A DNA stretch of 64,000 bases from an uncultured Planctomycetaceae bacterium (GTDB taxonomy: Bacteria; Planctomycetota; Planctomycetia; Isosphaerales; Isosphaeraceae), in contig CAWIAD010000001.1 of NCBI GenBank assembly GCA_963833985.1, forward strand, positions 2,720,001 to 2,784,000, in the 5' to 3' direction. The position numbers were made by a program, and so were the translations under genes. The stretch's first letter is position 1. Every line of letters starts with the position of its first letter. The notes under the pieces are model-generated. The model saw nothing but the letters and a program-made list of their open reading frames with translations. It had not been told where the DNA came from and searched no databases. Shown here piece by piece: positions 53,285 through 64,000 of the stretch.

Positions 53285-54223
53285 GTGCATGAGGAGGCGA
53301 TACGCAAGGCGGATGTGCTCATTGGCGCACTCGGGTACATCCGCAAGTTCCACGGCCGCTTCACCGTCATCAAGCTCGGCGGATCGGTCATGGAAGACAC
53401 CGGATCGCTGGCTGCTCTGCTCGTGGATATCGTCTTCATGCAAACCGTGGGGATGCGCCCGGTCGTGGTCCACGGCGGTGGCAAGGCGATCACCGTGGCC
53501 ATGGAGCAAGCAGGGCTCACGCCGCGGTGGGTGAAAGGCCGGCGCTACACTGACGACGCCACGCTGGAGATCGTCGCGCGCGTGCTGGCCGAGGAGATCA
53601 ATGCCGACATCGAACGGCACATCAACAAGTTCGGCGGCCGCGCCTCGGGATTGCACCACAAGACCCACCAGTGCCTGTACGGCCGCAAGCTGGCGATGGA
53701 CGACGGTGACGGTCACCAGGTTGACCTGGGACGCGTGGGCGAGGTGACCGAGGTGGACACCATGCCCATCGAGAACCTGTGCCTGGCGGGGGTCGTCCCC
53801 GTGCTACCGTCGCTGGCCGAGGACGAGGACGACGAGAGCCGGCTGCTGAATGTGAACGCCGACACGGCCGCAGCCGCGGTGGCACAGGCGCTCCAGGCCG
53901 ACAAGCTTGTGCTCCTGACCGACACGCCGGGCATCCTCAAGGACCGCGATGAACCGATGAGCTTGATCTCGGGTCTGAACCCCGAAGAGTGCCGCGAGCT
54001 GATGGCGCGCGGGGTGATTGACAAGGGGATGATTCCCAAGGTGGAAGCCTGCCTCAAGTCGCTCGAGGCCGGCGTGCGCAAGACGCACATCATCGATGGC
54101 CGCCTGCGCCACTCGCTGCTCCTGGAAATCTTCACCGAAAGTGGAGTCGGCACCGAAATCGTGCTCGACGAGAACAGCGAGCAGGTCTCCAGCCAGGGCC
54201 GACGCCCCGTCCTGGTTCGGTAA
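53285..54223 (+). CDS. argB: acetylglutamate kinase
   Basis: VIKLGGS, VVVHGGGKAI, GRRYTD, NVNADTAA and GMIPKVEAC. Confidence 0.96.
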   Translation: MHEEAIRKADVLIGALGYIRKFHGRFTVIKLGGSVMEDTGSLAALLVDIVFMQTVGMRPVVVHGGGKAITVAMEQAGLTPRWVKGRRYTDDATLEIVARVLAEEINADIERHINKFGGRASGLHHKTHQCLYGRKLAMDDGDGHQVDLGRVGEVTEVDTMPIENLCLAGVVPVLPSLAEDEDDESRLLNVNADTAAAAVAQALQADKLVLLTDTPGILKDRDEPMSLISGLNPEECRELMARGVIDKGMIPKVEACLKSLEAGVRKTHIIDGRLRHSLLLEIFTESGVGTEIVLDENSEQVSSQGRRPVLVR

Positions 54224-54256
54224 GCCTGGCACGACTTCCGTACAGCAGCAGAGAGG

Positions 54257-55528
54257 TTGGTCCACTCGATCCTTGCATCCGGAGCCAGTTCCTTGTCAGT
54301 GACGCAAACGTCTCACCAGAGCTCGGCGGAATCGATCGCCCAGTTCGCGCGGTACGTGATACCCAACTACCGCCGGTTCCCGGTGTGCCTGGTCAGGGGC
54401 GAAGGCTCGTGGATCTGGGATGCCGAGGGGCATCGCTATCTCGATTTCTTCCCGGGCTGGGGATGTAACCTCATCGGCCATTGCCCGCCCCGCGTGGTGG
54501 CCGCCGTGCGCGAGCAGGTTGGCCAGCTCATTCACGTGCCCAACACCTGGTACATGGAGCCCCAGGGCGTCTTCGCGCAGTCGCTCTCGGAGCGGTCGCT
54601 CGGTTCCGGCGGCAACCCCGGCCAGTGCTTCTTCTGCAACAGCGGGGCCGAGGCAAACGAGGCCGCCATCAAGCTGGCGCGTGCCTGCGGCAAGCCGCAT
54701 GGCCGGTACAAGATCATGACGATGGAAGGCGGCTTTCACGGACGGACCTACGCCGCGCTCTCGGCCACCGCCCAGCCCAAGTACCACGCCGGCTTCGAGC
54801 CGATGGTCCCCGGGTTCTTCCACGTACCGTATGATGACCTCGATGCCGTCGCCCGGGCGATCGACAAGGAGACCGCCGCCATCCTCGTCGAGCCGATCCA
54901 GGGGGAAGGCGGCGTGAACATCCCCGGTCCGGACTATCTGCCCGGCCTGCGCCGGCTCTGCGACCAGCACGGGGTGCTGCTGATTCTCGACGAGGTGCAG
55001 ACCGGCATGGGGCGAACCGGGCGGTGGTTCGCCTACCAGCACTACGGAGACGCGGCCGAACCCGACATCCTGACCTGCGCGAAGGCGCTGGCGGGGGGTA
55101 TCGCCGCGGGCGTGATGATTGCCCGTCCGGCGGTGGCGGAGGTACTCAAACCGGGAATGCACGCGTCCACCTTCGGCGGGAACCCGATCGCCTGCCGGGC
55201 TGGCAGCGCCACCATCGAGACCATCGAGGAAGACGGCCTGCTGGAACGCGCCGTGGCGATCGGCGAGCGATTTCGCAGCCAGTTTCAGGCGCTCAAGGAC
55301 GAGCTACCCGGGCAGATCCGCGAGGTGCGGGCCCGGGGAGCGATGATCGGCCTGGAGCTGACATTCGACGCTTCCGACGTGGTTGCCCGGTGCCTGGAGA
55401 GGCGGCTGCTGATCAATGCCACACATGGTCACATCGTGCGGCTATTGCCGGCGCTCACGCTCAGCGACGAGCTGATCGATGAGGGCTGCGCGATCCTGGC
55501 GGAGGTCTTGCGGGAGGCGGTGGTGTGA
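54257..55528 (+). CDS. argD: acetylornithine aminotransferase
   Basis: [48 protein letters not shown] and HASTFGGNP; lies between argB and argF. Confidence 0.93.
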   Translation: MVHSILASGASSLSVTQTSHQSSAESIAQFARYVIPNYRRFPVCLVRGEGSWIWDAEGHRYLDFFPGWGCNLIGHCPPRVVAAVREQVGQLIHVPNTWYMEPQGVFAQSLSERSLGSGGNPGQCFFCNSGAEANEAAIKLARACGKPHGRYKIMTMEGGFHGRTYAALSATAQPKYHAGFEPMVPGFFHVPYDDLDAVARAIDKETAAILVEPIQGEGGVNIPGPDYLPGLRRLCDQHGVLLILDEVQTGMGRTGRWFAYQHYGDAAEPDILTCAKALAGGIAAGVMIARPAVAEVLKPGMHASTFGGNPIACRAGSATIETIEEDGLLERAVAIGERFRSQFQALKDELPGQIREVRARGAMIGLELTFDASDVVARCLERRLLINATHGHIVRLLPALTLSDELIDEGCAILAEVLREAVV

Positions 55529-56580
55529 AGCTTGTGACCGACAGTCCCTCAGACACGATCCAGACGGATGCCGCGCCGGGATCAGCCAGGAGCCCCGCAC
55601 CGGCGGTCTCCGCGGTGGCCGGCGGGGCGGCAAGCCCGGGCTCCGCCCCGCAGACCCTGCGCCACTTCATCTCGCTCTTCGACATCTCGCCGGCCGAGGC
55701 CGCTCTGCTGGTGGAGCAGACCATGCGGCTGAAGCGTGGCGACCCGAGCGATCAACGCACCTCGCTGCTTCTGGGCAGAACCCTCGGGCTCGTATTCGAG
55801 AAGCCGTCCTTACGCACCCGTGTCAGCTTCGAGGCCGCCATGACCCGCCTTGGCGGCAACTCCATCTTCCTGCGTGGCAAGGACGTGGGCCTGGGCGTGC
55901 GCGAGAGCGTGAGCGATTTCGCACGCGTCATCAGCCAGTACGTCGACGTGCTCGCGGTGCGGACCTTTGCGCAGTCGGTCGTGGAGGAACTGGCCCGCCA
56001 TGCCACGGTCCCGGTGGTGAACGCGCTCTCCGACGCATCGCACCCCTGCCAGGCCATGGCCGACATGGTGACGGTCCTCGAGCACCGCGGTGCGCTGGCC
56101 GGCTGCAAGCTCGTCTTCGTGGGCGACGGCAATAACGTGGCCCGCTCGCTGGCCCTGGCGTCGGCCTTGCTCGGGGCCGACTTCGTACTCAGCGGGCCCG
56201 CCGGCTTCGATTTCCCGGAGGCCTTCTCTGCCCGCTACGACGCGCAGTTTCCGCGCGTGCCGCTGGTCGTGGAACGCGATCCGCGCAAGGCGGTGAAGGG
56301 CGCCGACGTTGTCTACACGGACGTCTGGGCCAGCATGGGCCAGGAGCACGAGGCCGACCAGCGGCGCGAGATTTTCAAGCCGTACCAGGTGACCGAGGCC
56401 CTCATGGCGCGGGCGCGAAGCGACGCGATCTTCCTGCACTGCCTGCCCGCTCACCGTGGCGAAGAAGTGACTTCGGCGGTGCTCGACGGGGCGCAGAGCC
56501 AGGTCATCCGCCAGGCCGCCAACCGCATGCACTTGCAGATGGCCCTCTTGCTCTGGCTCCTGGACGCAGGCCAGGGCTGA
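55525..56580 (+). CDS. argF: ornithine carbamoyltransferase
   Basis: [33 protein letters not shown] and HCLPAHRG. Confidence 0.95.
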   Translation: MKLVTDSPSDTIQTDAAPGSARSPAPAVSAVAGGAASPGSAPQTLRHFISLFDISPAEAALLVEQTMRLKRGDPSDQRTSLLLGRTLGLVFEKPSLRTRVSFEAAMTRLGGNSIFLRGKDVGLGVRESVSDFARVISQYVDVLAVRTFAQSVVEELARHATVPVVNALSDASHPCQAMADMVTVLEHRGALAGCKLVFVGDGNNVARSLALASALLGADFVLSGPAGFDFPEAFSARYDAQFPRVPLVVERDPRKAVKGADVVYTDVWASMGQEHEADQRREIFKPYQVTEALMARARSDAIFLHCLPAHRGEEVTSAVLDGAQSQVIRQAANRMHLQMALLLWLLDAGQG

Positions 56581-56603
56581 CCACGGCCCGGAGAATCTCC
56601 TTC

Positions 56604-57339
56604 ATGACGCGCGTGGACGGCCGCGAGTGCGGCGAGCTCAGGCCCATCAGCATCGAGCGCGGGTTCATTTCCAACAGCCCCGGCAGCGTTCTCTTCCGCG
56701 CCGGTGCCACGGCGGTGCTGGTCACCGCACAGCTCTCGGAGTCGGTACCGCCGTTCCTGGAGGGGAAAGGGACGGGCTGGCTGACGGCCGAGTACGCGAT
56801 GCTGCCGGGGAGCACGCCCGACCGCAAGCGGCGCGGGGCCGACGGCCGCGGCACCGAGATCCAGCGGCTCATCGGCCGCAGCCTGCGCGGTCGTCGACAC
56901 CCGCGCCCTGGGCCCCTGGACCATTCACGTCGATGCCGACGTGATCAACGCCGACGGCGGGACCCGCACGGCGGCCATCACGGCCGCGTTCCTGGCCGTG
57001 GCCGATGCGCTCCGGGGCCGGTTCGGCGAGCACTCGCGGCTGATCCTGCGTGACAGCGTCGCCGCCGTGAGCGCGGGGATCGTCGCCGGCGAGGCTATGC
57101 TCGACCTGAACTACCCCGAAGACTCTCGCGCCGAGGTCGATCTCAACGTCGTTCGCCTGGGGCGCGGAGGCCTGGTGGAGGTGCAGGGAACCGGCGAGGG
57201 AGGCGTCTTCTCGCGGGGCCAGTTGCACGCGCTGCTGGACCTGGCCGAGGCGGGAATCGACCAGCTCCATCGGGTCCAGGTTGCCGCCATGGGCTCGGAC
57301 TGGCCCTGGGAGGCGGCACGGCCGGCGCCCGAGGTGTAG
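56604..57339 (+). CDS. rph: ribonuclease PH; frameshift near 56889
   Basis: [14 protein letters not shown] and [11 protein letters not shown], then in another frame [30 protein letters not shown] and EVQGTGE. Confidence 0.93.
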
Positions 57340-57566
57340 CCCTCGTTTCCTGTCCGGCAATAATCTGAGAAAGACCGGCAAGACCTCTGGGCAGGTTTTG
57401 CAAGTTCTGCTAAAGTTCCGCTCGTTTCTTGCCGGGCTGAAGTCTGACCGGCTCAGGATGGAAATCGGGACCAAGACCGAGCAGGATGCCGGGCACCCGC
57501 ACAACGGGAAGAGGCTCGGCCCTGGCCGGCCCGATACGGACGATCCGACAAGGAGGGGGATCACCC

Positions 57567-58742
57567 ATGAGAACGCCGACCGTTACGCTTGCGCTCGCAC
57601 TTGCCGCTTTTGGCACCTCGCTGGCAACCCCGTCGCATGCACAGACTGGCGGACCGGCCGTTGCCGGATCGCAACCCAGGTCTCCTCTGTTCTCCACTGT
57701 TCCCGGCGGAGCGCCCGGCATGCCTGCGGGCAACCCGGGAGACGCAACAGCCGGAGGGGGGCACGTCTACGCCGATGGCGCGGCCATGCCCGAACCGACG
57801 TCGGCCGACGAGCTCAAGGCCCATAACATGGTGCTGCCCAATGACCCCATCGAACCTTACCTGCTGAAGGTCGAGAACGGTCCCTTCATGGTGCTCGCGA
57901 AGACCTTCCGGGGCGTGGACAGCGAGCGAATGGCACTTGCCCTTTGCAAGGAGCTGCGCGAGAAGTACGGCTTGCCGGCTTATATCCTCCGGTCCAAGGA
58001 CTTCCCGGGCCGCAGCAATATCCGCGGCGTACCGCCCACCGCGGACCCCGAGGTCGTCCAGGCCAACATCAACGTCCCCGAGAAGTTCCGCACCTACGAC
58101 GAGGCCGCGGTGCTGGTGGGCAATGAGAAGACCGAGAAAGACTCCGCCCTGCTGCTGCACAAGGTCAAGAAGATCAGGCCCGAATGCCTCAAGAACATGC
58201 CTTCCATGTTCAAGTGGCGGGACGGCCTGGGCATGGCCCTCCGCACCACCAACCCCTACGTCGCCGCCCAGTACCTTTACCCTCGCAAACCGGACAAGCT
58301 GGTGGTGCAGATGAACCAGAGCCCGCGCAGCGTGGCCAATTGCCCGGGCAGGTTCAGCCTCCAGGTGGCCGAGTTCTCCGGCCGCTCCACCTTCAACGAA
58401 AAGGATGAGCGGTTTCTCGGCATCCTCAGCCTCAAGCAGAGCCCCCTGGCGACGGCAGCCGCCGACGCCGAGCGGCTGGCGGACCGGCTGTCCAAGGACC
58501 CGGACGTCCAGCGGCTGCACCAGCCAATCTACGTGTACCATGACCGCACCTCCAGCCGTGTCTTCGTGGGCTCGTTCAACGCCTGGCAAGACCCCGAGGC
58601 CGTCACCGTGCGGCAAGCCATGCTCAAGCTCGCCGTGCCCCTGCTGGACCGCAGGCGGCCCACCGGAGGCATGGACGCCATGATCGTCCCGGCCGGCATG
58701 CTCACCGACCTGAACGACGCCAAGAAGAAGCTCTTGCAGTGA
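57567..58742 (+). CDS. hypothetical secreted protein
   Basis: AGGAGG RBS; Sec signal ending SHA-Q; strongly GC3-biased codons. Confidence 0.85.
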   Translation: MRTPTVTLALALAAFGTSLATPSHAQTGGPAVAGSQPRSPLFSTVPGGAPGMPAGNPGDATAGGGHVYADGAAMPEPTSADELKAHNMVLPNDPIEPYLLKVENGPFMVLAKTFRGVDSERMALALCKELREKYGLPAYILRSKDFPGRSNIRGVPPTADPEVVQANINVPEKFRTYDEAAVLVGNEKTEKDSALLLHKVKKIRPECLKNMPSMFKWRDGLGMALRTTNPYVAAQYLYPRKPDKLVVQMNQSPRSVANCPGRFSLQVAEFSGRSTFNEKDERFLGILSLKQSPLATAAADAERLADRLSKDPDVQRLHQPIYVYHDRTSSRVFVGSFNAWQDPEAVTVRQAMLKLAVPLLDRRRPTGGMDAMIVPAGMLTDLNDAKKKLLQ

Positions 58743-58957
58743 CAGCAAGCTGCGCAGGAGACCGGCCCAGCGCCTCACTCCGCTTCGCGCCGCGCCGGTC
58801 TTTGCGAATGCCCGATCATGCGGGACAATCAGAATCGCCTCCGGGTCGTTCTCGACACGAGGGGCGATCTCGTTTTTCCCCAATAACCACATGCTCCGGC
58901 TCGGCCTCCGGCTCGCCCGCGGACCCGGCCGTGAACCAACGTTGCGGCGCATCACCC

Positions 58958-59632
58958 ATGAGCAGCTCTCGAATCGAGACAACTTCCCCCACGCGGGCGC
59001 TGGTCCTGGGCTCGCGGAACCGCAAGAAGTGCCGCGAGATGGCGGAGCTCATCCGGCCGGCCTGGGAACCGTCCCGCTCATTGAACCGCCTGGACATCCA
59101 GTCGCTGGATGACTACCCGAACGCTCCTGAAGTGGACGAGTCCGCCGAGACCTTCGCGGGCAACGCATGCAAGAAGGCGTCCGAGCTGGCCAGGGCGCTC
59201 GACCGCTGGGTGCTGGGGGACGACTCGGGCCTGACCGTCGACGCCCTCCAAGGCGCTCCTGGCGTGCTTTCGGCCCGCTACGCCGGCGAGCCGTGCGACG
59301 ACGACGCGAACAACCGCAAGCTGCTGGAGGCCCTGGCCGACGTCCCCGACGAGCGCCGCGGCGCCGCGTTCCGCTGCGCGCTCGCCCTGGCGGACCCGAC
59401 GGGCGCCATCCGCCTGGAAGCCGCGGGCGCGTGCCGGGGCCGGATCGTCCGCGCACCGCGTGGAGCGGCCGGGTTCGGTTATGATCCGCTGTTCCTGATC
59501 CCCGAATATCACAGGACCTTCGGCGAGCTGAGCCCGCTGGTGAAGCACCAGCTCAGCCACCGCTCGCGCGCGTTCGCCCACCTGCGGCCCGCCCTGGAGC
59601 GCCTGCTCGGCGAGATCTTCGCTGACGGCTGA
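58958..59632 (+). CDS. rdgB: non-canonical purine NTP pyrophosphatase (HAM1/RdgB)
   Basis: SRNRKKCRE, ETFAGNACKKA, DDSGLTVDALQGAPGVLSARYA, GFGYDPLF and SHR. Confidence 0.95.
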   Translation: MSSSRIETTSPTRALVLGSRNRKKCREMAELIRPAWEPSRSLNRLDIQSLDDYPNAPEVDESAETFAGNACKKASELARALDRWVLGDDSGLTVDALQGAPGVLSARYAGEPCDDDANNRKLLEALADVPDERRGAAFRCALALADPTGAIRLEAAGACRGRIVRAPRGAAGFGYDPLFLIPEYHRTFGELSPLVKHQLSHRSRAFAHLRPALERLLGEIFADG

Positions 59633-59770
59633 ACGGGTCACCGCACACTCAGGCTGCCACTGCAACAGGTTGTGGCACGTTGAATCGATTGTGCTCGTGA
59701 GGCGCAGCACCGGCAGGGGCCACCGGCTCAGCACCGCCCAGGACGGAGCTTCGCCCCGCCGCTTCCCGGC

Positions 59771-60835
59771 TCAGCTCAGTGCTGCCTCGCCCGGCTCGAT
59801 GCTGTAGACCGAGCGGAGGAGGCGGGAGAAACGCTCGTAGAAGCGCTCGGTCTGCTTCAGCCGCTCCTCATCGCCGGGCAGCTCGAGCTGCACCTTACCG
59901 TCGGCTCCGTTCATCGGGCCCGCCGGGAGCTCCTTGCAGGCTTCCAGCACGACGGCGCGGAGGAACTTCATGAACCGGAATTCCAGGGTGAGGTATCCCG
60001 GGTAAAGCAGCAGGCCGCCAAACCGCGCACCGGGCAGTCCGATGGCCATTCGTGTTTTCAACTCCCGCTCATGTGTCCAGCCGATCATGCTGAGGATCGT
60101 GCCGGGCATCCACATGGGCGAGCGCGTCACGTAACACTGATCGAGCCGCTCATGGAGGATCCGGTCGGCCTCGGACGGACTGAACATGGGCAGACCTTCA
60201 AGACTGCCCCGGACCATCCAGCTTTTCAGCTGGTCGCGGAACGCGGCCATTTCTTCCACGGCATGGCTCTGGTAGACCAGCTCGCTGAAGCCCCAGGTAT
60301 CGCGGTAATACGAGACGCCTTCCTCGTTGGGCCGCACGTAGAGGCAAAGCGCACCCTGGCAGATCGCCCGGGCAAGGGCCTGCGCGATCGCCCGGCCATC
60401 GGGCGTCTTCTCGAACTCGTAGGGCGTGTTGGTCGGGGCCGAGAAGGCGTAGAAGCAGTTTGCGCCCAGGGTCTGGAGCACCCGCACCGAGTGCCCGGCA
60501 TAGCGCTGATACGTTTTTTCGGCGACCCGGTACTCCAGGTCAACGCGTCTCAGAGATTCCTCCGTCGGATGGGCACGCGATCGATCCCTGACCTTGTTGT
60601 CAATCAGGTCCACGCCCAGGCCCGCGGCCGCTTCCTCGTCCAGGCCCTCCCAGTGCAGGATCTCGGCCAGAAGGGGCAGGCAGCCCCGCCGGACCTGGTT
60701 CCGCTGCTTCCATGACGCAATCGTCTGCACCGGCAGGTTCAGCCGGCGAGCCAGCCACGACTCGCTCTTCTCCAGCCTGGCGAGATGCCGGCTGATTTCA
60801 GGCCAGAACCTCGATCGCCCGTTTCGAACGGCCAT
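59771..60835 (-). CDS. putative transcriptional regulator: N-terminal Cro/XRE-like HTH plus uncharacterised C-terminal domain
   Basis: SESWLARRLNLPVQTIASWKQR HTH-like pattern; 354 aa; divergent from the DUF1559 cluster. Confidence 0.65.
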   Translation of the reverse strand: MAVRNGRSRFWPEISRHLARLEKSESWLARRLNLPVQTIASWKQRNQVRRGCLPLLAEILHWEGLDEEAAAGLGVDLIDNKVRDRSRAHPTEESLRRVDLEYRVAEKTYQRYAGHSVRVLQTLGANCFYAFSAPTNTPYEFEKTPDGRAIAQALARAICQGALCLYVRPNEEGVSYYRDTWGFSELVYQSHAVEEMAAFRDQLKSWMVRGSLEGLPMFSPSEADRILHERLDQCYVTRSPMWMPGTILSMIGWTHERELKTRMAIGLPGARFGGLLLYPGYLTLEFRFMKFLRAVVLEACKELPAGPMNGADGKVQLELPGDEERLKQTERFYERFSRLLRSVYSIEPGEAALS

Positions 60836-61106
60836 GACAAGCGCTCCGGAAACCAGCTTGCATAAACCTCAGACTTTACGCAAGAATCCGCATAAATAAA
60901 AGGGCCGCATCACGGCGTAAGCCCTGAAAACCGGCGATGTTCGGCCGCCCCAGGTCTGTACAATGTGCAGCACGTGGCGCATGCCGTGGGGCATCTGCCG
61001 TCCGCCCTCGGCCTTCTGGCATCCGGTTCTCCGCATGCGTCATGCCCCTCTCGATCATGACCGCCTGATGCTCCCGGTTCGGACGAGACGTGAGGAGACG
61101 ATTCCG

Positions 61107-61331
61107 ATGCGAACGAGGTGGATCGAGTCGGTGCTGGGCCTGGCGGTGCTCGCACTGGCGGCAAGTGCGGGCTGTGGTGGAGATCCCGAGGGCCAGACCG
61201 ACCTGGCCAAGCTTCCTCCTCCCTCGCAGCAGGTCATCGATCGTTCCAAGGCCGCGCGGGTGCCCAAGGCCCGTCCCAAGTTTGGATCGCCGCCGAAGTC
61301 CGAGATGGGTATCCCGAAGACCTCTTCCTGA
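61107..61331 (+). CDS. small lipoprotein associated with DUF1559
   Basis: AGGAG RBS; signal ending SAGC-GG; 74 aa, Pro/Lys-rich. Confidence 0.8.
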   Translation: MRTRWIESVLGLAVLALAASAGCGGDPEGQTDLAKLPPPSQQVIDRSKAARVPKARPKFGSPPKSEMGIPKTSS

Positions 61332-61498
61332 TCGTCTGACGTGCGGGGGCGGTTCCGCTCCTGCTTCTCGGCTCCAGTCCTCTTCCTCGAGAGCCGGTAT
61401 TCAGAACCAATTCGATACGCCTCCTGGTTCGAAGAGCCAGCATGATCCCCCGAGACTGCTGGTTCCGAGCTCACCCCGAAAGTGATGGAGTACATGTC

Positions 61499-62653
61499 AT
61501 GCGTCTTTCCTACGGAACGGTCAGGCAGCGCCGCACGGGCTTCACGCTGATCGAGCTGCTCGTGGTGATCGCCATCATCGCCGTCCTGATCTCGTTGCTC
61601 TTGCCGGCCGTCCAATCGGCCCGCGAGGCGGCCCGCCGCGCCCAGTGCACGAACAACCTGAAGCAGATTGGCCTGGCCATGCACAACTACCACGGTGTTA
61701 ACAACGCCTTCCCGCCGGGCGGCACCAACACCAGCACGATTCAAGGCCAGGTCGCCCAGGGATGGGGCTGCTGGAGTGCACATGCGATGATGCTGCCCTA
61801 CCTGGAGCAGACAACGATCTACAATGCCTTGAACTTCAACATCGTCTGCGAGAGCGCCAGCAACAACAACGACGACCTCTGCCAGACGACGGGTACGACC
61901 AGGAACATCAGCGTCTTTTTATGCCCCTCGGATGCCGGTGCCGACACGTTCGGCCAGTGGTCGGGCGGACCTGCCGGCCAGAGCTACAATTTCCCGGGCA
62001 ACAACTACTTCGCTTCGGTCGGTTCAAGCATGAACCAGTATGGCAACAGCCTCTATGCCGAGATTGTCCCGGTGGGCGCCTCGGCCCCCAACGGCATGTT
62101 CCAGGTCTTTGGCAGCTCGATCACCGTCGCCTCGGTCACCGACGGCACATCGAACACGATTGCCATGGGCGAGTGGATCAAGGGCTCGACGAAGGGCACG
62201 CTGCAACTGCCGCAGGACGCCGTCGTGATGGGTACGACCCTGCCGGCCGGGGCCGCTCCCGGTTCCCCTTTATTGCTGATGCCGGCGGGCGGCGCCGGCT
62301 TCAATGCCTGGCTCCAGCAGTGTGTTCAGCAAATCCCGGCGACCAACGGCATGGGCAATCCCTACAGCGAGCTCGGCCAGGACTGGTGCGTCGGGCTGTT
62401 CTTTCACACGATCGGCAATACCCTGGTCGGTCCGAACCCGCCCTATCCGAACTGTGCCGCGGACGTCTACGGCCTGGGCGATACCGACGATGACATCGGC
62501 TACTTCGGCCTCAGCAGCCGCCATCCGGGCGGATGCAACGTGCTCATGGCCGACGGTTCGGCCCGCTTCCTCAAGAACTCGGTCAGCCAGTTGACACTCT
62601 GGGGCCTGGGTTCGCGCAATCAGGGCGAAGTCTTCAGCGCCGATTCTTATTGA
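61499..62653 (+). CDS. DUF1559 prepilin-type N-terminal cleavage/methylation domain protein (H-X9-DG)
   Basis: [63 protein letters not shown] and [15 protein letters not shown]. Confidence 0.96.
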   Translation: MRLSYGTVRQRRTGFTLIELLVVIAIIAVLISLLLPAVQSAREAARRAQCTNNLKQIGLAMHNYHGVNNAFPPGGTNTSTIQGQVAQGWGCWSAHAMMLPYLEQTTIYNALNFNIVCESASNNNDDLCQTTGTTRNISVFLCPSDAGADTFGQWSGGPAGQSYNFPGNNYFASVGSSMNQYGNSLYAEIVPVGASAPNGMFQVFGSSITVASVTDGTSNTIAMGEWIKGSTKGTLQLPQDAVVMGTTLPAGAAPGSPLLLMPAGGAGFNAWLQQCVQQIPATNGMGNPYSELGQDWCVGLFFHTIGNTLVGPNPPYPNCAADVYGLGDTDDDIGYFGLSSRHPGGCNVLMADGSARFLKNSVSQLTLWGLGSRNQGEVFSADSY

Positions 62654-62806
62654 AGCAGCCCGGACGCGGACGACCCCCCGTCGAGTGGAAACCTGATGAA
62701 ATCGTGCAGCGCGGCCACCGCGCTCCCCCGCCCCCCGTGGGAGTGTGGGCTTTGACGCTCTGCGCCGTGTCCCATCACGGTTCAGCCGTCGCGAAAGACG
62801 GGCACA

Positions 62807-62858
62807 ACGAAACGAAGCCGGCGGCTGGGGTTGCCTGGCGTGGCCGGCTTCGTCGTTT
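62807..62858 (+). terminator. possible terminator hairpin
   Basis: ACGAAGCCGG...CCGGCTTCGT followed by CGTTT. Confidence 0.4.
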
Positions 62859-63002
62859 CATCCGGGCCGATTCGCGACCTAGCCCGTTCCCCGGGCCGCT
62901 CGGGGGGTGATAGAATGAGCCCGACGGCGATGCGTAGCCGTCATCCCGCCGGTACCGCGACGGTCCAGCCTGCCCACCCCACCACGCTGAAAGGGCGCTC
63001 TT

Positions 63003-64000
63003 ATGATCAATCACCATTCCATGACTCGGAGGGAGATCTTCCGCGCGTCGCTTGCGGGCGGCGCGGCATGGGGGCTTGGCGGATGGACGGGCATGGGGGC
63101 CGGTGCCGCGTGGACGGAGCCGGCGCGGCAGCCAGCGGCCCGCGTGGCCCTGTCAGCCGGCGACGACCATGCCGGCATCGTCTTCGACGGATTGCGTCGG
63201 CTGCGAGCCGAGATTGCCGCGTCCATCGGCGAGCGTCCCGTGGTCATCAAGCCGAACCTCGTGGCAATTGACAATGCGCTCGCAGCCACGCCGGCACAGG
63301 CCGTCGAGGGCATCCTCGAGTTCCTGCGCTCGATCGGCAAACACAGGAACGTCGTCATCGCCGAATCGGCGGCGAACGGGCCCACATCCGAAGGGTTCTC
63401 GAACTACGGATACATGCCGCTGGCCCGGAAATACGGGGCGAAGCTCGTGGACCTGGACGGAACGGCCGTCGAGACCGTCTACGCGGTGGACCAGAACGAC
63501 ATGCGGCCGCATCCCCTCCGCGTGGCGCGGCTGCTGCTGGACCGCGGCCACTTCGTGATCTCCGCCGCCAGGATGAAGACCCACGATCGCGTGGTGGCCA
63601 CACTCTCCCTCAAGAACATCGTCGTCGGCGCACCCGTCAAGGACCCCGGCTTCCGCTGGGGCCCAGGTAGCAAGGCGGGTGCCACGACCGACAAACCCAT
63701 CGTGCACGGCAACGGCTTCCACGGACTGCAATACAATCTCTACGCCCTGGCTTCCCGGCTGCGCCCGGACCTCGCCGTGATCGACGGCTTCCAGGGGATG
63801 GAAGGCAATGGACCGGTGGGCGGCACGCCCGTCGAGCAACGCGTGGCTGTCGCCAGCCTGGACTGGCTGGCCGCCGATCGCGTGGCCGTGGCGCTCATGG
63901 GGATTGACCTCCAGAAGATGGGCTACCTCAATTACTGTGCCGAGGCCGGCATGGGTGAGGCGCGCCTGGAGCGGATCGAGGTGCTCGGCCCGCTCATCGC
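63003..64000 (+). CDS. DUF362-domain protein with Tat-like signal (runs off the window)
   Basis: Manual translation: MINHHSMTRREIFRASLAGG, VVIKPNLV, IAESAA, MKTHDRVVATLSLKNIV and IDGFQGMEGNGP. Confidence 0.88.
   Translation, partial: MINHHSMTRREIFRASLAGGAAWGLGGWTGMGAGAAWTEPARQPAARVALSAGDDHAGIVFDGLRRLRAEIAASIGERPVVIKPNLVAIDNALAATPAQAVEGILEFLRSIGKHRNVVIAESAANGPTSEGFSNYGYMPLARKYGAKLVDLDGTAVETVYAVDQNDMRPHPLRVARLLLDRGHFVISAARMKTHDRVVATLSLKNIVVGAPVKDPGFRWGPGSKAGATTDKPIVHGNGFHGLQYNLYALASRLRPDLAVIDGFQGMEGNGPVGGTPVEQRVAVASLDWLAADRVAVALMGIDLQKMGYLNYCAEAGMGEARLERIEVLGPLI

Overview
GC-rich bacterial chromosomal segment, most likely from a planctomycete (inferred from a DUF1559 prepilin-like gene, an LEGR-motif secreted protein, Uma2 paralogs and a planctomycete-type RAYT remnant; probably Isosphaeraceae-like). 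The backbone is housekeeping: mutS (partial), two STAS proteins, queF, a SAM hydrolase, a GH57-galT-GH57 alpha-glucan operon, a Rad52/Rad22-like gene, an adaptor plus two RND pumps, lnt, moeA, trpG/pabA, an ABC module, Fe-ADH, mqnD, acnA, argBDF, rph, rdgB, DUF1559 and DUF362. Two accessory regions stand out. (1) About 8.1-15.4 kb holds two near-identical tandem Uma2 nuclease genes that differ almost only in one 24-codon segment, an array of small genes punctuated by a family of 42-nt hairpins, and an RHH-VapC toxin-antitoxin pair between two 686-bp copies of the 3' end of a GH57 gene, with no integrase. (2) About 38.8-41 kb holds a Tn3 end, REP-like hairpins and a RAYT remnant around one secreted-protein gene. 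At least eight single-site frameshifts in conserved genes look like long-read consensus errors, and the 2644-aa RND ORF in the track is an artefact of two of them. I saw no rRNA, tRNA or CRISPR array. All family assignments come from recalled motifs, not database searches.
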